Positions 23,086-33,501 of a stretch of 64,000 bases of DNA are shown here, piece by piece. The stretch spans positions 115,434-179,433 of the forward strand of contig CAWJLG010000008.1 of assembly GCA_963843595.1 (NCBI GenBank), written 5' to 3'. Source of the stretch: an uncultured beta proteobacterium (GTDB lineage Bacteria; Pseudomonadota; Gammaproteobacteria; Burkholderiales; Casimicrobiaceae). Under the pieces are notes generated by a model. It was not told where the DNA came from. It saw nothing but the letters and a program-made list of their open reading frames with translations, and searched no databases. The translations under genes and the position numbers were made by a program. Positions within the stretch are counted from its first letter, which is position 1, and every line of letters begins with the position of its first letter.

Positions 23086-25013
23086 GCCGATCGCCGTTCG
23101 CCCGTCGTGCCCTCACCCGAAGGCGGCATGCGGAAGCCACGCTTGAGATGGACGAGCAGAAGCGCGATCGCCGCCGGCGTGACGCCCGAGATGCGCGACG
23201 CCTGACCGATGTTTTCGGGTCGGTGCTGATTCAGTTTCTGCTGCACTTCGGCGGAAAGCCCGCGCACGGTTCGATAGTCGAGATCGACCGGCAGCGGCTG
23301 TTCGTCCTGCGTCCGGTGGCGCGCGATCTCATCGTGCTGGCGCTCGATGTAGCCAGCGTATTTGGTCGCGATCTCGACCTGCTCCGCGACGGCCGGATCG
23401 ATGGTCGCGATGCCCGCGGCCGGCAGCGTGGCTAGCGACGCATAACTGACGTTGGGCCGGCGCAGCAGGTCGGCGAGCGAATACTCGCGCTCGATCGGTT
23501 GTCCGAGCACGCGCATCGCGTCGTGCGTTGCGACGACATTCGGGTTCACGTACGTCGTCTTGAGTCGCTCGAGTTCGCGTGCGATGGCGTCGCGCCTGCG
23601 GGAGAAGATCTCCCAGCGCGCATCGTCGACAACGCCGAGCGCGCGGCCGGCCTCGGTGAGCCGCAGGTCGGCGTTGTCCTCACGCAATTGCAGTCGATAC
23701 TCGGCGCGCGACGTGAACATCCGGTACGGCTCGGAAACCCCGCGCGTGATCAGATCGTCGACGAGAACGCCGAGGTAGGCTTCGTCGCGCCGCGGCGACC
23801 AGCCGCTCTCGCCGCGGACGAATCGGCTCGCGTTGATCCCGGCGAGGATGCCCTGGGCGGCCGCCTCCTCGTATCCGGTCGTTCCGTTGATCTGTCCCGC
23901 GAAGAACAGGCCGCAAATCGCCTTCGTCTCCAGCGTCGCCTTCAGCGCGCGCGGATCGAAGTAATCGTACTCGATCGAGTAGCCAGGGCGCAGGACATGC
24001 GCGTTCTCGCACCCCTTCATCGAGCGCACGAGCGCGAGCTGAACGTCGAACGGCAGCGACGTCGAGATGCCGTTCGGGTAGATCTCGTTGGTCGCGAGGC
24101 CCTCGGGCTCGAGAAAAATCTGGTGGCTCGTACGCTCGGAAAAACGCACGACCTTGTCCTCGATGGACGGGCAGTAGCGCGGGCCGACGCCCTTGATTAC
24201 GCCGGTGAAAAGCGGCGAGCGGTCGAGTCCGCCGCGAATGATCTCGTGCGTGCGCTCGTTGGTGTGCGTGATGAAGCACGGCACCTGCGCCGGATGCATC
24301 TCGCGCCGGCCGATGAAGCTGAACACCGGCACCGGCTCGTCGCCCGGCTGCGCCTCGAGAACCGAGAAATCGACGGTGCGCCCGTCCAGCCGCGGCGGCG
24401 TTCCCGTCTTCAGGCGCCCGGCGGGAAGTTGAAGCTCGCGCAGGCGGGCACCCAGCGTTTTCGCGGGCGGATCACCGGCGCGTCCGGCTTCGTAGTTTTG
24501 CAGTCCGACGTGAATCAGGCCGGACAGGAAGGTTCCCGTCGTCAACACGACGGCTCCGGCCTCGAAACGAACCCCGATTTGCGTGATCACGCCGGTCACC
24601 CGGGCATCAGCGCCGTCGCCATCGAGCAGCAGGTCGTCGACGGCTTGCTGGAAGAGCGTCAGGTTCGGCTGATTTTCGAGCCGTCGACGGATCGCCTGCT
24701 TGTAAAGCACGCGATCCGCTTGGGCTCGCGTCGCCCGGACCGCGGCGCCGCGGCTGGAATTGAGGGTCCGGAACTGGATGCCGGCTTCGTCGGTGGCGAT
24801 CGCCATGGCGCCGCCGAGGGCATCGACTTCGCGGACCAGGTGTCCCTTGCCGATGCCGCCGATCGAGGGGTTGCACGACATCTGCCCCAGCGTCTCGATG
24901 TTGTGCGTGAGCAGGAGGGTCTTGCGGCCCATCCGCGCCGACGCGAGCGCCGCTTCGGTGCCGGCGTGGCCGCCACCGACGACGATGACGTCAAAGCGCG
25001 TCGGAAAGTTCAT
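23082..25013 (-). CDS. mnmG: tRNA uridine 5-carboxymethylaminomethyl modification enzyme MnmG (GidA)
   Basis: [53 protein letters not shown]. Length 643 aa. Confidence 0.97.
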   Translation of the reverse strand: MNFPTRFDVIVVGGGHAGTEAALASARMGRKTLLLTHNIETLGQMSCNPSIGGIGKGHLVREVDALGGAMAIATDEAGIQFRTLNSSRGAAVRATRAQADRVLYKQAIRRRLENQPNLTLFQQAVDDLLLDGDGADARVTGVITQIGVRFEAGAVVLTTGTFLSGLIHVGLQNYEAGRAGDPPAKTLGARLRELQLPAGRLKTGTPPRLDGRTVDFSVLEAQPGDEPVPVFSFIGRREMHPAQVPCFITHTNERTHEIIRGGLDRSPLFTGVIKGVGPRYCPSIEDKVVRFSERTSHQIFLEPEGLATNEIYPNGISTSLPFDVQLALVRSMKGCENAHVLRPGYSIEYDYFDPRALKATLETKAICGLFFAGQINGTTGYEEAAAQGILAGINASRFVRGESGWSPRRDEAYLGVLVDDLITRGVSEPYRMFTSRAEYRLQLREDNADLRLTEAGRALGVVDDARWEIFSRRRDAIARELERLKTTYVNPNVVATHDAMRVLGQPIEREYSLADLLRRPNVSYASLATLPAAGIATIDPAVAEQVEIATKYAGYIERQHDEIARHRTQDEQPLPVDLDYRTVRGLSAEVQQKLNQHRPENIGQASRISGVTPAAIALLLVHLKRGFRMPPSGEGTTGERRSA

Positions 25014-25131
25014 GATTTAATGAGACAATTTGTTGATTTTGCGACGCGATTGCGACGCGGGAGGGCGCATCATACGGCAAACCGTGGTGCCGGAGAAGTA
25101 TTCGCTCGCGCTCCAGTGCCCGCGGCCGGAT

Positions 25132-25145
25132 GTTTCACGTGGAAC
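25132..25145. repeat. 14-bp near-palindrome GTTTCACGTGGAAC (copy 1), about 120 bp upstream of mnmG
   Basis: Exact reverse complement of the copy at 25874-25887. It is an imperfect palindrome around a central CACGTG. Function unknown (operator or terminal inverted repeat). Confidence 0.5.
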
Positions 25146-25873
25146 GTGCAGGCCCCGCCGGCCAAGGCCCCCGGGGTCATCGCCCGACTTCGATGCCGGG
25201 CCGATCCAACCCGCGCGACGGCCGCGGCGGCGAATACGCGGGCGTGCCGGGCATGGCCTGCGCCACCGCAAAATGACCAAGTCGCAACGATCGGTCGTCC
25301 CGGTCAACGCCGGGATGCGCGTCGCGCGCGGTCCATGCCCAGCACCAGACGGCGACACTCGCAGTGCCCGGGGGGCGCCATTGGCCCGGCGGAGGCCGGT
25401 CAGGTCATGGGCCCGCGTTCGCACCGCCTTGGTGTCGTTGGATCCCCAAGGAATCCGGTCGGCGACCGCGTGCCCTCGCCGACCTTGGCGTTCCGCTCCG
25501 TACCGGGCACCGCGGAGGCCCCCGGCTCGGCGTGTCGCCCCCAGCGCTGCGATCGCCGTCCGCGGCGAGTCCGTCCGGCACACTCCGACGCGATATTCGC
25601 GGGGTCGAACGCACCTTGCCTCCACTAGGCGCGAATCCGTGACGCGTCCGTCCGCCAACGTGAGTACGCAAACGAGGCGATCAGGCGGCGCTCCCCGCCC
25701 GGCCCCAGGCCGCTGCTTCCGGTACCAGGAGCGCGCGGTCACCCAAGATCCGCCCGGCGCCGCATCGCGCATCCAGGTGTTCGCCGCCGGCTCGAATCTC
25801 GTGGGCCGGCGTCAGCTTGGGAAATCCGTGGTGGTGGCCGTACCGCGATCTTCCGACCGAGGCGCGGTTCATT

Positions 25874-25887
25874 GTTCCACGTGAAAC
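25874..25887. repeat. 14-bp near-palindrome GTTCCACGTGAAAC (copy 2), about 26 bp upstream of the predicted -35 of the PfkB-kinase gene
   Basis: Exact reverse complement of 25132-25145, read directly from the sequence. Confidence 0.5.
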
Positions 25888-25912
25888 CTGACCGGCTAGC
25901 CCCAGGCCCTGG

Positions 25913-25941
25913 TTGGACTCCCGAATCGCGTTGCGTAGAAT
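25913..25941 (+). promoter_or_regulatory. candidate sigma70 promoter of the PfkB-family kinase gene
   Basis: TTGGAC (25913-25918) - 17 nt - TAGAAT (25936-25941), 24 nt upstream of the ATG at 25965. Confidence 0.45.
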
Positions 25942-25964
25942 CCGGGGGCTCCTGAGCTTCCCTG

Positions 25965-26861
25965 ATGCGACGAATCATCTGCCTTGGCATGTCCGCGCTG
26001 GACGCGATCTATCAGGTCGGGACGATCCCATCGCGCCCAACCAAGCTGCTGGCGACGGCGTTCACCGAATCCGGCGGCGGGATGGCGGCCAACGCCAGCG
26101 TTGCCGTGGCTCGCCTGGGCGGCGAAGCCCACTACTGGGGCCGGCTCGGCGACGACGCCCTTGGCGACCGCATCGTCGGCCAACTCGCCGCGGAAGGCGT
26201 CGACGTCACCGCCGTGCGCCGAATTCGAGGCTGCGTCTCCCCATCCGCCGCCATACTGATCGCGAACGACGGGGAACGTCTCGTCTGCGCCTACAACGAT
26301 CCGGCCCTCGACCAGGACGCCTCCTGGCTTCCATTGCCGCGTGTCGCCGAAGCGGACGCGGTGCTGACCGACGTCCGCTGGCCGGCGGGCGCTTCCGCTC
26401 TCCTCGATGCCGCGCGAATCGCAGGCAAGCCCGCCGTGTTCGACGGCGACGTCGGCCCGGTCGAAGGCCTGCGCGATTTGGCCAGGCGCGCCACCCATGC
26501 GGCGTTTTCGGAACCGGGATTGGCGCTTGCGGCCGGCACCAATAACCCAGGCGCCGGGCTGAGGCGGCTCGCGGCCATCGCGCCGGCCGCCATTGTGGGC
26601 GTGACCTTGGGGGCCGAGGGCTTCCTCTGGATCGAGGACGGTCGCGAGCGACGTCTCGCCCCGCCCACCGTCAACGTCGTCGATACCCTGGCCGCGGGCG
26701 ACGTCTGGCACGGCGCCTTCACACTCGGACTCGGGGAGGGAAAGGACGTCGAAAGCGCCGCCCGATTCGCCAACATCGCAGCGGCGATCAAGTGCACCCG
26801 TTTCGGTGGGCGCCTTGGCGCCCCGCGCCGAGCGGAAGTCGACACCTTGCTCGCGGTGTAG
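25965..26861 (+). CDS. PfkB/ribokinase-family carbohydrate kinase
   Basis: MRRIICLGMSALDAIY..ESGGGMAANASVAVARLGG..VVDTLAAGDVWHGAF (DTxGAGD motif). Confidence 0.88.
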   Translation: MRRIICLGMSALDAIYQVGTIPSRPTKLLATAFTESGGGMAANASVAVARLGGEAHYWGRLGDDALGDRIVGQLAAEGVDVTAVRRIRGCVSPSAAILIANDGERLVCAYNDPALDQDASWLPLPRVAEADAVLTDVRWPAGASALLDAARIAGKPAVFDGDVGPVEGLRDLARRATHAAFSEPGLALAAGTNNPGAGLRRLAAIAPAAIVGVTLGAEGFLWIEDGRERRLAPPTVNVVDTLAAGDVWHGAFTLGLGEGKDVESAARFANIAAAIKCTRFGGRLGAPRRAEVDTLLAV

Positions 26862-26903
26862 CCGAGCAAGAATACAAGAACCAATCAAGAACCAATAAAA
26901 ACA

Positions 26904-26934
26904 AAGGGTTGTGGAGAGAGAACCCACAACCCTT
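26904..26934 (-). terminator. rho-independent terminator downstream of pckG
   Basis: AAGGGTTGTGG-(9 nt)-CCACAACCCTT. On the reverse strand the stem is followed by TGTTTTTATTGGTT. It sits between the convergent PfkB-kinase and pckG genes. Confidence 0.75.
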
Positions 26935-26968
26935 CAAACCTGCCCCGCCGGCGCCGGCAATGCCGCCG

Positions 26969-28819
26969 CTACGCGGACAGTCTGCTGCCGAGCCGCGCTC
27001 GCTCAGCGGTGAGCTCCGCCGGACGCTTCGCGCCGAGCTTCGCAAAGAGCTGGTCATGGGCCGCGAGTTCGCGCGTCCACATCCCCGAGTCGACCTTCAT
27101 TACCTGCGCAAACCGGTCCGCCGGGAACTCGAGTCCCGTCCAGTTCAGGTCGTCGTAGGCGGGTTCGAGCCCCAACGCGGTATCGACCGCACGGCCGCGG
27201 CCGCGGGAGCGCTCGATAACCCACTGGAGCACGCGCATGTTCTGCGCGAAACCCGGCCACGCAAATTTACCGTTCTCGTCGGTGCGAAACCAGTTCACGT
27301 TGAAGATCTTCGGCGGTTTCGGTATCGCCTTGCCCATCGCCAGCCAATGCGCGAAATAGTCGCCGATGTGATAACCGCAGAACGGCAGCATCGCGAACGG
27401 GTCGCGGCGGACTTCGCCGATCTTCCCCGTCGCGGCCGCCGTCGTTTCGGAACCCATCGTCGCCGCCTTGTACACCCCTTCCGCCCACGACCGCGCCTCG
27501 ACGACGAGTGGCACGGTGTCGCTGCGCCGGGCGCCGAACACGAAAGCGTCGATCGGAACGCCCTCCGGATCGTCCCACGCCGGATCGAGCGACGGACACT
27601 GGACCGACGCGACGGTGAACCGCGCATTCGGGTGAGCCGCCTTGCGCCCGCAATCCGGGGTCCACGACTGGCCCTGCCAGTCGGTCAAGTGGACAGGCGG
27701 CGTCTTGGTCATCCCTTCCCACCACACGTCGCCGTCGTCGGTCAGCGCGACGTTGGTGAACAGCACGTTCTCGCGCAGCATCTCCATCGCATTGGGATTC
27801 GTCTCGTACGACGTCCCCGGCGCCACGCCGAAATAGCCCGCTTCCGGATTGATCGCGTAGTACCGACCGTCGGCGTGCGGCTTGATCCACGCGATGTCGT
27901 CACCGACCGTCGTCACCTCCCAGCCGTCGAAGCCCGCGGGCGGAATCAGCATCGACAGGTTGGTCTTGCCGCAGGCGCTGGGAAAGGCGCCCGCAATGTA
28001 GGTCTTTTCACCGGACGGCGAGGTGACCCCGAGAATGAGCATGTGCTCGGCGAGCCAGCCCTGATCGCGTCCCATCACCGACGCGATCCGCAGCGCGAAG
28101 CACTTCTTTCCGAGCAGTGCGTTACCGCCGTACCCCGAACCGTACGACCAGATCTCCCGCGTCTCGGGGAAATGCACGATGTACTTGTGATCCTTGTTGC
28201 AGGGCCAGGGAACGTCGCGCTCCCCCGCCGCCAGCGGCATGCCAACCGAATGCACGCAGGGGACGAAGGGGCCATCCGCGCGCAGCACGTCGTACACCGC
28301 CTTGCCCATCCGGGTCATGAGGTTCATGTTGACCACGACGTACGGGCTGTCGGTCAACTCGATGCCGACGTGCGAGATATGGCTGCCCAGCGGACCCATC
28401 GAGAACGGGACGACGTACATCGTGCGCCCGCGCATGCAGCCATCGAAGAGTCCGTCGAGCGTGCGCCGCATCGCCGCCGGTTCCATCCAGTTGTTCGTCG
28501 GGCCGGCGTCCTCTTCCTTCGCGCTGCAGATGAAGGTACGGTCCTCGACGCGCGCCACGTCCGACGGATCGGAGAACGCGAGATAGCTGTTCGGCCGCTT
28601 GGCCGGATGGAGTTTCGTCAGCGTACCCGCGGCGACCATCTCGACGCACAGGCGATCGTATTCGCTCTCGCTACCGTCGCACCAGACGATGCGGTCGGGT
28701 TTGGTCAGTTCGGCGATCTTGTGCACCCACTGCAGAAGGCGGAGATGCCGCACATAGGGCGGCGCCCCTACGGCCTTCTCCGCGGCGGCGAGGTCGGAAT
28801 GCAATTCGGGATGGGTCAT
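26969..28819 (-). CDS. pckG: phosphoenolpyruvate carboxykinase (GTP)
   Basis: 616 aa. ..[14 protein letters not shown] (kinase-1a P-loop of GTP-PEPCK), [23 protein letters not shown]. Confidence 0.95.
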   Translation of the reverse strand: MTHPELHSDLAAAEKAVGAPPYVRHLRLLQWVHKIAELTKPDRIVWCDGSESEYDRLCVEMVAAGTLTKLHPAKRPNSYLAFSDPSDVARVEDRTFICSAKEEDAGPTNNWMEPAAMRRTLDGLFDGCMRGRTMYVVPFSMGPLGSHISHVGIELTDSPYVVVNMNLMTRMGKAVYDVLRADGPFVPCVHSVGMPLAAGERDVPWPCNKDHKYIVHFPETREIWSYGSGYGGNALLGKKCFALRIASVMGRDQGWLAEHMLILGVTSPSGEKTYIAGAFPSACGKTNLSMLIPPAGFDGWEVTTVGDDIAWIKPHADGRYYAINPEAGYFGVAPGTSYETNPNAMEMLRENVLFTNVALTDDGDVWWEGMTKTPPVHLTDWQGQSWTPDCGRKAAHPNARFTVASVQCPSLDPAWDDPEGVPIDAFVFGARRSDTVPLVVEARSWAEGVYKAATMGSETTAAATGKIGEVRRDPFAMLPFCGYHIGDYFAHWLAMGKAIPKPPKIFNVNWFRTDENGKFAWPGFAQNMRVLQWVIERSRGRGRAVDTALGLEPAYDDLNWTGLEFPADRFAQVMKVDSGMWTRELAAHDQLFAKLGAKRPAELTAERARLGSRLSA

Positions 28820-28971
28820 CGTGCGGCTCGATTGGTGGCATTGGAAAACGACAACGCCCCCCCGGCCGGCCGGAGCGTTCGTCGACCGTCGAATTTAGCA
28901 CGCGACCGCGCCGTGTCGTAATCCGCAGATGCGCGCGGCCAAGTGGCCTTACCAATCTGACGTGCGGCAAT

Positions 28972-29754
28972 TCAGCGCACTGCCACGATGAAGCGGCGGC
29001 GAAACGGAAACGGCACGCGGCCGTCGGCTAACGGCGGATATGCGGCGGTGACGCGCTCCGCGTAATCGGCGAGAAAGTGCGATTGCATGTCGGCGTCGAG
29101 TCGCTCCAGAAACGGCGTCAACGCCGCCCCTTTCATCCAGGCGACGATCGGATGACCGGCGTCCGCGGACGCGGGGAGCAGATGCAGGTACTCGGTCGTC
29201 CAAAGGTCGATCGCGGACGCCTGGTCGAGCCACCGCGCATAGTCGATCGGCGCCGCCACCGGTTGCGGGCGGACGAGCGACGCCAGTCGATGGCGCCAAC
29301 GTTCGCTGCTGGCGACCTCGTACAACGCCGTGTGCGACGGCTGCGAAAAGTTGTCGGGCATCTGCACGGCGAGCACACCGCCCGCTGCCACGAACGAAAG
29401 CAGACGCGGAAACAACGCCGCGTGTCCGTCGAGCCAATGCAGCGCCGCATTGCTGAAGACGACATCGGCCGGCGCGATGGGAGACCACTCGGCGAGATCG
29501 GCCTCCACCCACGCGTGCCGCGCGTTGCCCGCTGAAGCGGCGCGTGCCCGCGCCAGCATCGGCGCCGAACTGTCGACGCCGGTGATCGTCGCGTCGGGCC
29601 AGCGTGCTGCGAGAACCTGGGCGACGTTGCCCGCGCCGCACCCGAGATCGACGACCGTGCGCGGTGCGGCGAGAGGAATGCGCGCGATCAGATCCAGCGC
29701 CGGCCGCAGCCGCTCGTTGGAGAAGGTCAGGTACAGACGAGGGTCCCAGGCCAT
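28972..29754 (-). CDS. tam: trans-aconitate 2-methyltransferase-like SAM-dependent methyltransferase
   Basis: ATG at 29754. MAWDPRLYLTFSNERLRPALDLI..VVDLGCGAGN..VFSNAALHWL. Length 260 aa. Confidence 0.85.
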   Translation of the reverse strand: MAWDPRLYLTFSNERLRPALDLIARIPLAAPRTVVDLGCGAGNVAQVLAARWPDATITGVDSSAPMLARARAASAGNARHAWVEADLAEWSPIAPADVVFSNAALHWLDGHAALFPRLLSFVAAGGVLAVQMPDNFSQPSHTALYEVASSERWRHRLASLVRPQPVAAPIDYARWLDQASAIDLWTTEYLHLLPASADAGHPIVAWMKGAALTPFLERLDADMQSHFLADYAERVTAAYPPLADGRVPFPFRRRFIVAVR

Positions 29755-29909
29755 GTCGTCGATCCCGCGATGCTTCGATAGCGTCGCGCTTGCGCGCCGG
29801 ACACCGGCCGGCGACCTTCCTGACCATGCGGCGCGGTTTCGGCCCAATCGGCGCATGCCTCGCGCCGCCGGACCTTGGCCGAACGTTCGGAGGGCCGCTC
29901 CATCGGCCC

Positions 29910-30353
29910 TCAGCGGTACACGAGCACTGGTATCCGCGAGTTCGCAAGGACTTTCTGCGTCTCGCTGCCGAGAAGCACCGCCGCCATTCCGCTGCGTCCG
30001 TGCGAGGCCATGAAGATGAGGTCGCACTTGTGCCGCTTCGCCGCCTCGAGGATCGATTCCCAGGGGAAGTCGCTGGTCACGTGAACCAACTCGCAGGGCA
30101 CATTCGCGGCCTTGGCCGCCTTCTCGATTGCGCCAAGGTATCGGCGAGCCGCTTTTTCGATCACCTCTGCATGCCGCTCCGGCGGCATGTATCCCACGGG
30201 CACGAAGTGCTCGTACACCAATGGCGTCGGCGCAGGTGCGGCAAAGAAACCGGTAACGCGTGCGCCCAGGGCCTTGGCCAGTTCGACGCCGGCACCGGCC
30301 GCGCGAAGGGATGCCGGGGAGCCGTCGGTGGGAAGGAGGATGTGCTTGAACAT
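29910..30353 (-). CDS. universal stress protein (UspA family)
   Basis: ATG at 30353. MFKHILLPTDGSPAS...LIFMASHGRSGMAAVLLGSETQKVL. Length 147 aa. Confidence 0.9.
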   Translation of the reverse strand: MFKHILLPTDGSPASLRAAGAGVELAKALGARVTGFFAAPAPTPLVYEHFVPVGYMPPERHAEVIEKAARRYLGAIEKAAKAANVPCELVHVTSDFPWESILEAAKRHKCDLIFMASHGRSGMAAVLLGSETQKVLANSRIPVLVYR

Positions 30354-30373
30354 GAGGTCGTCTCGCTCTTGCC

Positions 30374-31684
30374 CTATCGGGCGACTGGTAGGACCCAGAT
30401 GGCCATGCCCAACGCATAGCAGACAGTCGTTGCAATCAGCGTGAACGGCACGCTCCACGCGAGGAACTCCCGTAGGGAGACCTTGCGCTTCTCCTCGCGC
30501 TCGCAGATGTTGAGCGCCGCGAATAGGGCGGGGGCGCCGGCAACGGTCAGGTTGCTGCCCAGCGTCCCGGACCAGAGCAGCATCCACCACAGCGGCCAGG
30601 GATTCACGCCCTCCGCCTGCAGATCGCGGATCGTGTACAGGAACGTCAGGATGTACGCGTCGTGCTCGACGACGCCAACGATCGGTATCGTGATCCAGTA
30701 CAGCAGCGACGCGGCAAGCACGTAGCGTTCGGCAAACAGCGGCCGCAGCTCGTCGGCGAGCACGTTGATGAGATGGACCTTCTCCAGCCCACCCACCAGC
30801 GCGAACAGCGCAATGTAGAAGAACACCGCACGCCAATCGAGCTCGGTGAGTATTTCTTCGAAACTCGGCGCCCTGGCCCGCTTGCCCAGCACCTCGAGTG
30901 CAAGGGCAAGGGTAACGGCTCCAGTCATGGCGATGAACCCGAGTTTGACGCCCAGCACCTGCCGAAACGCCATCGCGAGCACCGTCAACAGGAACCAGCT
31001 GACGACGATGATGGCGAACAGCTTGTTGGGGATGTGCGTCTCGATGCCGAGCTGGTCGATGTCGACGGTCTGCCGGCTGCGCCGACGAAACCCGTAGGCA
31101 TACATCGCGGCGAGCGTCACCGCGAACGTCACGGTCAGTATGGGAAAGGACGAGGGTCGACCCTTCTGCCAGATAAAGTCGCCGAACTCCGCGCCCGACA
31201 CGCTGTGCAGCATCTGGGGCGGAAGATCGCCCAGCAGCAGCGCCGAGCCCATGAAGTTCGCCGAGAATCCGATCATCAGGATCACCGGTGTCACGGGCAG
31301 CTTCAATGCCCTCGCGAGCGGCAGCGCCACCGGCGCCATCATCAGGATGACCACGACGTTGTCGACGAACATCGAGATGAATCCCGCCAGCGCGGACAGG
31401 ATGACCACCAGCAGGCCGGGCCGCCCGCCCGACAGGCGTAACGCCTGGACCGAAAGCCAGCTGGGCACACCGGTCCGTCCGAAGTAGCCGGCGATGACCC
31501 AGACGCTCACCAGAATCGCCATCACGTTCCAGTCCACGAGCCCGAACGCATCGGTCTCCGTGATGACGCCGACCCACACCATTGCCACGACACCGATCAG
31601 CGCGGCGATCGTGCCATCGACGATGTTGGCGATCACGATGACGATCGTGAGCGCGAAGATGGCGGCTGCGTACCACTCGATCAT
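30374..31684 (-). CDS. ArsB/NhaD (ion-transporter superfamily, CitMHS/YbiR-like) permease
   Basis: ATG at 31684 (codon 80 of the ORF). About 12 TM segments; FVDNVVVILMMAPV.., GSNLTVAGAPALF. Its stop lies 20 nt upstream of the uspA-like gene. Confidence 0.85.
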   Translation of the reverse strand: MIEWYAAAIFALTIVIVIANIVDGTIAALIGVVAMVWVGVITETDAFGLVDWNVMAILVSVWVIAGYFGRTGVPSWLSVQALRLSGGRPGLLVVILSALAGFISMFVDNVVVILMMAPVALPLARALKLPVTPVILMIGFSANFMGSALLLGDLPPQMLHSVSGAEFGDFIWQKGRPSSFPILTVTFAVTLAAMYAYGFRRRSRQTVDIDQLGIETHIPNKLFAIIVVSWFLLTVLAMAFRQVLGVKLGFIAMTGAVTLALALEVLGKRARAPSFEEILTELDWRAVFFYIALFALVGGLEKVHLINVLADELRPLFAERYVLAASLLYWITIPIVGVVEHDAYILTFLYTIRDLQAEGVNPWPLWWMLLWSGTLGSNLTVAGAPALFAALNICEREEKRKVSLREFLAWSVPFTLIATTVCYALGMAIWVLPVAR

Positions 31685-31834
31685 TTTTCCGACCGTTCCC
31701 CGGCAAATGACGCCGGCGGCGTCGAGGACCGCCTGCAGCCGCTCGAGCGCTTCCGGCTTTCGGACTTCCGGGAATCGGCGATCTTCTGGTGGTTCACGAA
31801 CTGCGCGAATTCGCGTGACAACGGGAGCTGGAGG

Positions 31835-31856
31835 TTGACCATCTCTTGACCATCTC
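31835..31856. repeat. perfect 11-bp tandem duplication TTGACCATCTC x2
   Basis: Read directly: 31835-31845 and 31846-31856. On the reverse strand this is GAGATGGTCAA x2, and each copy contains an ATG. Confidence 0.9.
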
Positions 31857-32075
31857 GTACCTGTGCGGACGGCCGCAACGGGTACGCCCGCTGGCGACGA
31901 GCTCCACCGCCCCAACAACATGCTCCCGCCTCCGGACCGGGGCAGGTCGCTTGATCAGCCGGCATCCCTTGCGGAAATGACCGCTGGTTCCACCGTCGAT
32001 CCGTGCCGGACCGGCCGATGTCATCATTTTACGACCCGTTCGCATCGCGTGCCTACGGTCCGCGGCGCAATGCCG

Positions 32076-33452
32076 CTACTTCCCGATGCAGAAGCGCGAG
32101 AAGATTGCGCCGAGCAGATCGTCGGCACTGAACTCCCCGGTGATCGCTGCCAGCGCCGTCTGCGCTTCGCGCAATTCCTCGGCGAAAAGCTCGAGCGGCG
32201 GGACGGCGGCCGACAGATGCGCCTCTGCGGCGGCGAGATGGGATCCCGCGGCACGCAGCGCCACCCGGTGGCGCTCGCGGGCGAGAAACGCGCCCGCCAT
32301 GTCCTCGTGGGCTCCGGCGATCTTGAGCATCTCGTGCCGCAGCGCATCGATTCCCGCGCCGGTTTTCGCCGATAGCCAGACGTGGCGCCGCGCGTCGATG
32401 CCGTCGTGACGGGTCTCGACGTGCGGGGACCGCGCCGCGAGGTCGATCTTGTTGTGGACGACGATGCACGGCAGGCTCGTCGGCAGGCGCGCAACGATTG
32501 CCGCATCTGCCGCCGGCACCGCCTCGGCCGCGGCCACGGCGTCCACGAGCACCAGCGCAAGGTCGGCCTGCGCGATCGCGCCCCACGTGCGCTCGATGCC
32601 CAGGGTTTCGATCGGATCGTCGGTCGGACGCAGGCCGGCGGTGTCGATCACGGTCAGGGGAACCCCGTAAACCTCGATCTGCGAGCGCACGGCGTCGCGG
32701 GTGGTGCCGGCAATCGGGGTGACGATGGCCACGTCCTCACCCGCAAGACGGTTCAACAGACTCGACTTGCCGACATTGGGCTGTCCGACCAGCACGGCGG
32801 CCAGACCCTCACGCAGCAGCGCTCCCTGCGCCGCGCGGGCTTCGATCGCCGCCAGCCGCGATCGGATCGCCGTGAGCTTGTCCCGAGCGCCGGCGGCCCG
32901 CAGGAACTCCAGGTCCTCGTCGGGGAAATCGAGCGTTGCCTCGGTGAACATCCGCAGTTCGGTGAGTTCATCGACCAGCGCGTGGATCTCGCGCGAGAAC
33001 TCGCCGGTGAGGCTGCGTGCTGCCGCGCGTGCCGCGGTGGTCGTGGCCGCGTCGATCAAATCCGCGACGCCCTCTGCCTGCGCCAGGTCGAGCTTGCCGT
33101 TCAGGAACGCCCGTTTCGTGTACTCGCCCGGATCCGCGATCCGCGCGCCCAGTTCGAGGATGCGGGCAAGAATCAGGCGCAGGACCGCCGGTCCACCGTG
33201 GCCGTGCAGTTCGAGGACGTGTTCGCCGGTGTAGGACTCCGGCGCCGGGAAATGCAGCGCAATTCCCTGGTCGAGAATCTCGCCGTCGCCGCCGCGAAAC
33301 GTGGCGACGGTGGCGCGCCGCGGCGCGAGATTGCGCCCGACGATGCCGGCGACGATGGCCGGCACGCCGGTGCCCGAGACGCGAACGATACCGACGCCGC
33401 CGCGGCCGGGCGGTGTCGCGATGGCAGCGATCGTGTCCGGCGACGGCGTCAT
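32076..33452 (-). CDS. mnmE: tRNA modification GTPase MnmE (TrmE)
   Basis: DTIAAIATPPGRGGVGIVRVSG..GQPNVGKSSLLN..DTAG..C-terminal CIGK. Confidence 0.96.
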   Translation of the reverse strand: MTPSPDTIAAIATPPGRGGVGIVRVSGTGVPAIVAGIVGRNLAPRRATVATFRGGDGEILDQGIALHFPAPESYTGEHVLELHGHGGPAVLRLILARILELGARIADPGEYTKRAFLNGKLDLAQAEGVADLIDAATTTAARAAARSLTGEFSREIHALVDELTELRMFTEATLDFPDEDLEFLRAAGARDKLTAIRSRLAAIEARAAQGALLREGLAAVLVGQPNVGKSSLLNRLAGEDVAIVTPIAGTTRDAVRSQIEVYGVPLTVIDTAGLRPTDDPIETLGIERTWGAIAQADLALVLVDAVAAAEAVPAADAAIVARLPTSLPCIVVHNKIDLAARSPHVETRHDGIDARRHVWLSAKTGAGIDALRHEMLKIAGAHEDMAGAFLARERHRVALRAAGSHLAAAEAHLSAAVPPLELFAEELREAQTALAAITGEFSADDLLGAIFSRFCIGK

Positions 33453-33501
33453 CCGGCCAATTTACCGCGCGAGCGACCGCGTGTCGCGGCCGGGGCCGCG
33501 C

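Noticed and set aside
25590-25630. tmRNA/tRNA-like 3' end (gcggggtcgaacgcaccttgcctccacta resembles ..GCGGGTTCGAnTCCCGC..CCTCCACCA).
   Set aside because: No proper T-stem pairing, no GTTCGA T-loop in register, no CCA, and no upstream tRNA-like or tag-reading-frame features. It is most likely a chance resemblance.
25014-25964. oriC next to gidA/mnmG, as in E. coli and some beta-proteobacteria.
   Set aside because: By eye there is no TTATCCACA-like box with one or fewer mismatches. Beyond the first roughly 40 bp there is no AT-rich unwinding region, and the spacer is very GC-rich. The perfect DnaA boxes are at dnaA instead.
28895-28921. CIRCE-like sequence TTAGCACGC-N9-GTGTCGTAA upstream of pckG.
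   Set aside because: The left half matches 8/9 but the right half only about 6/9 and does not pair with the left arm. pckG is not a plausible HrcA target.
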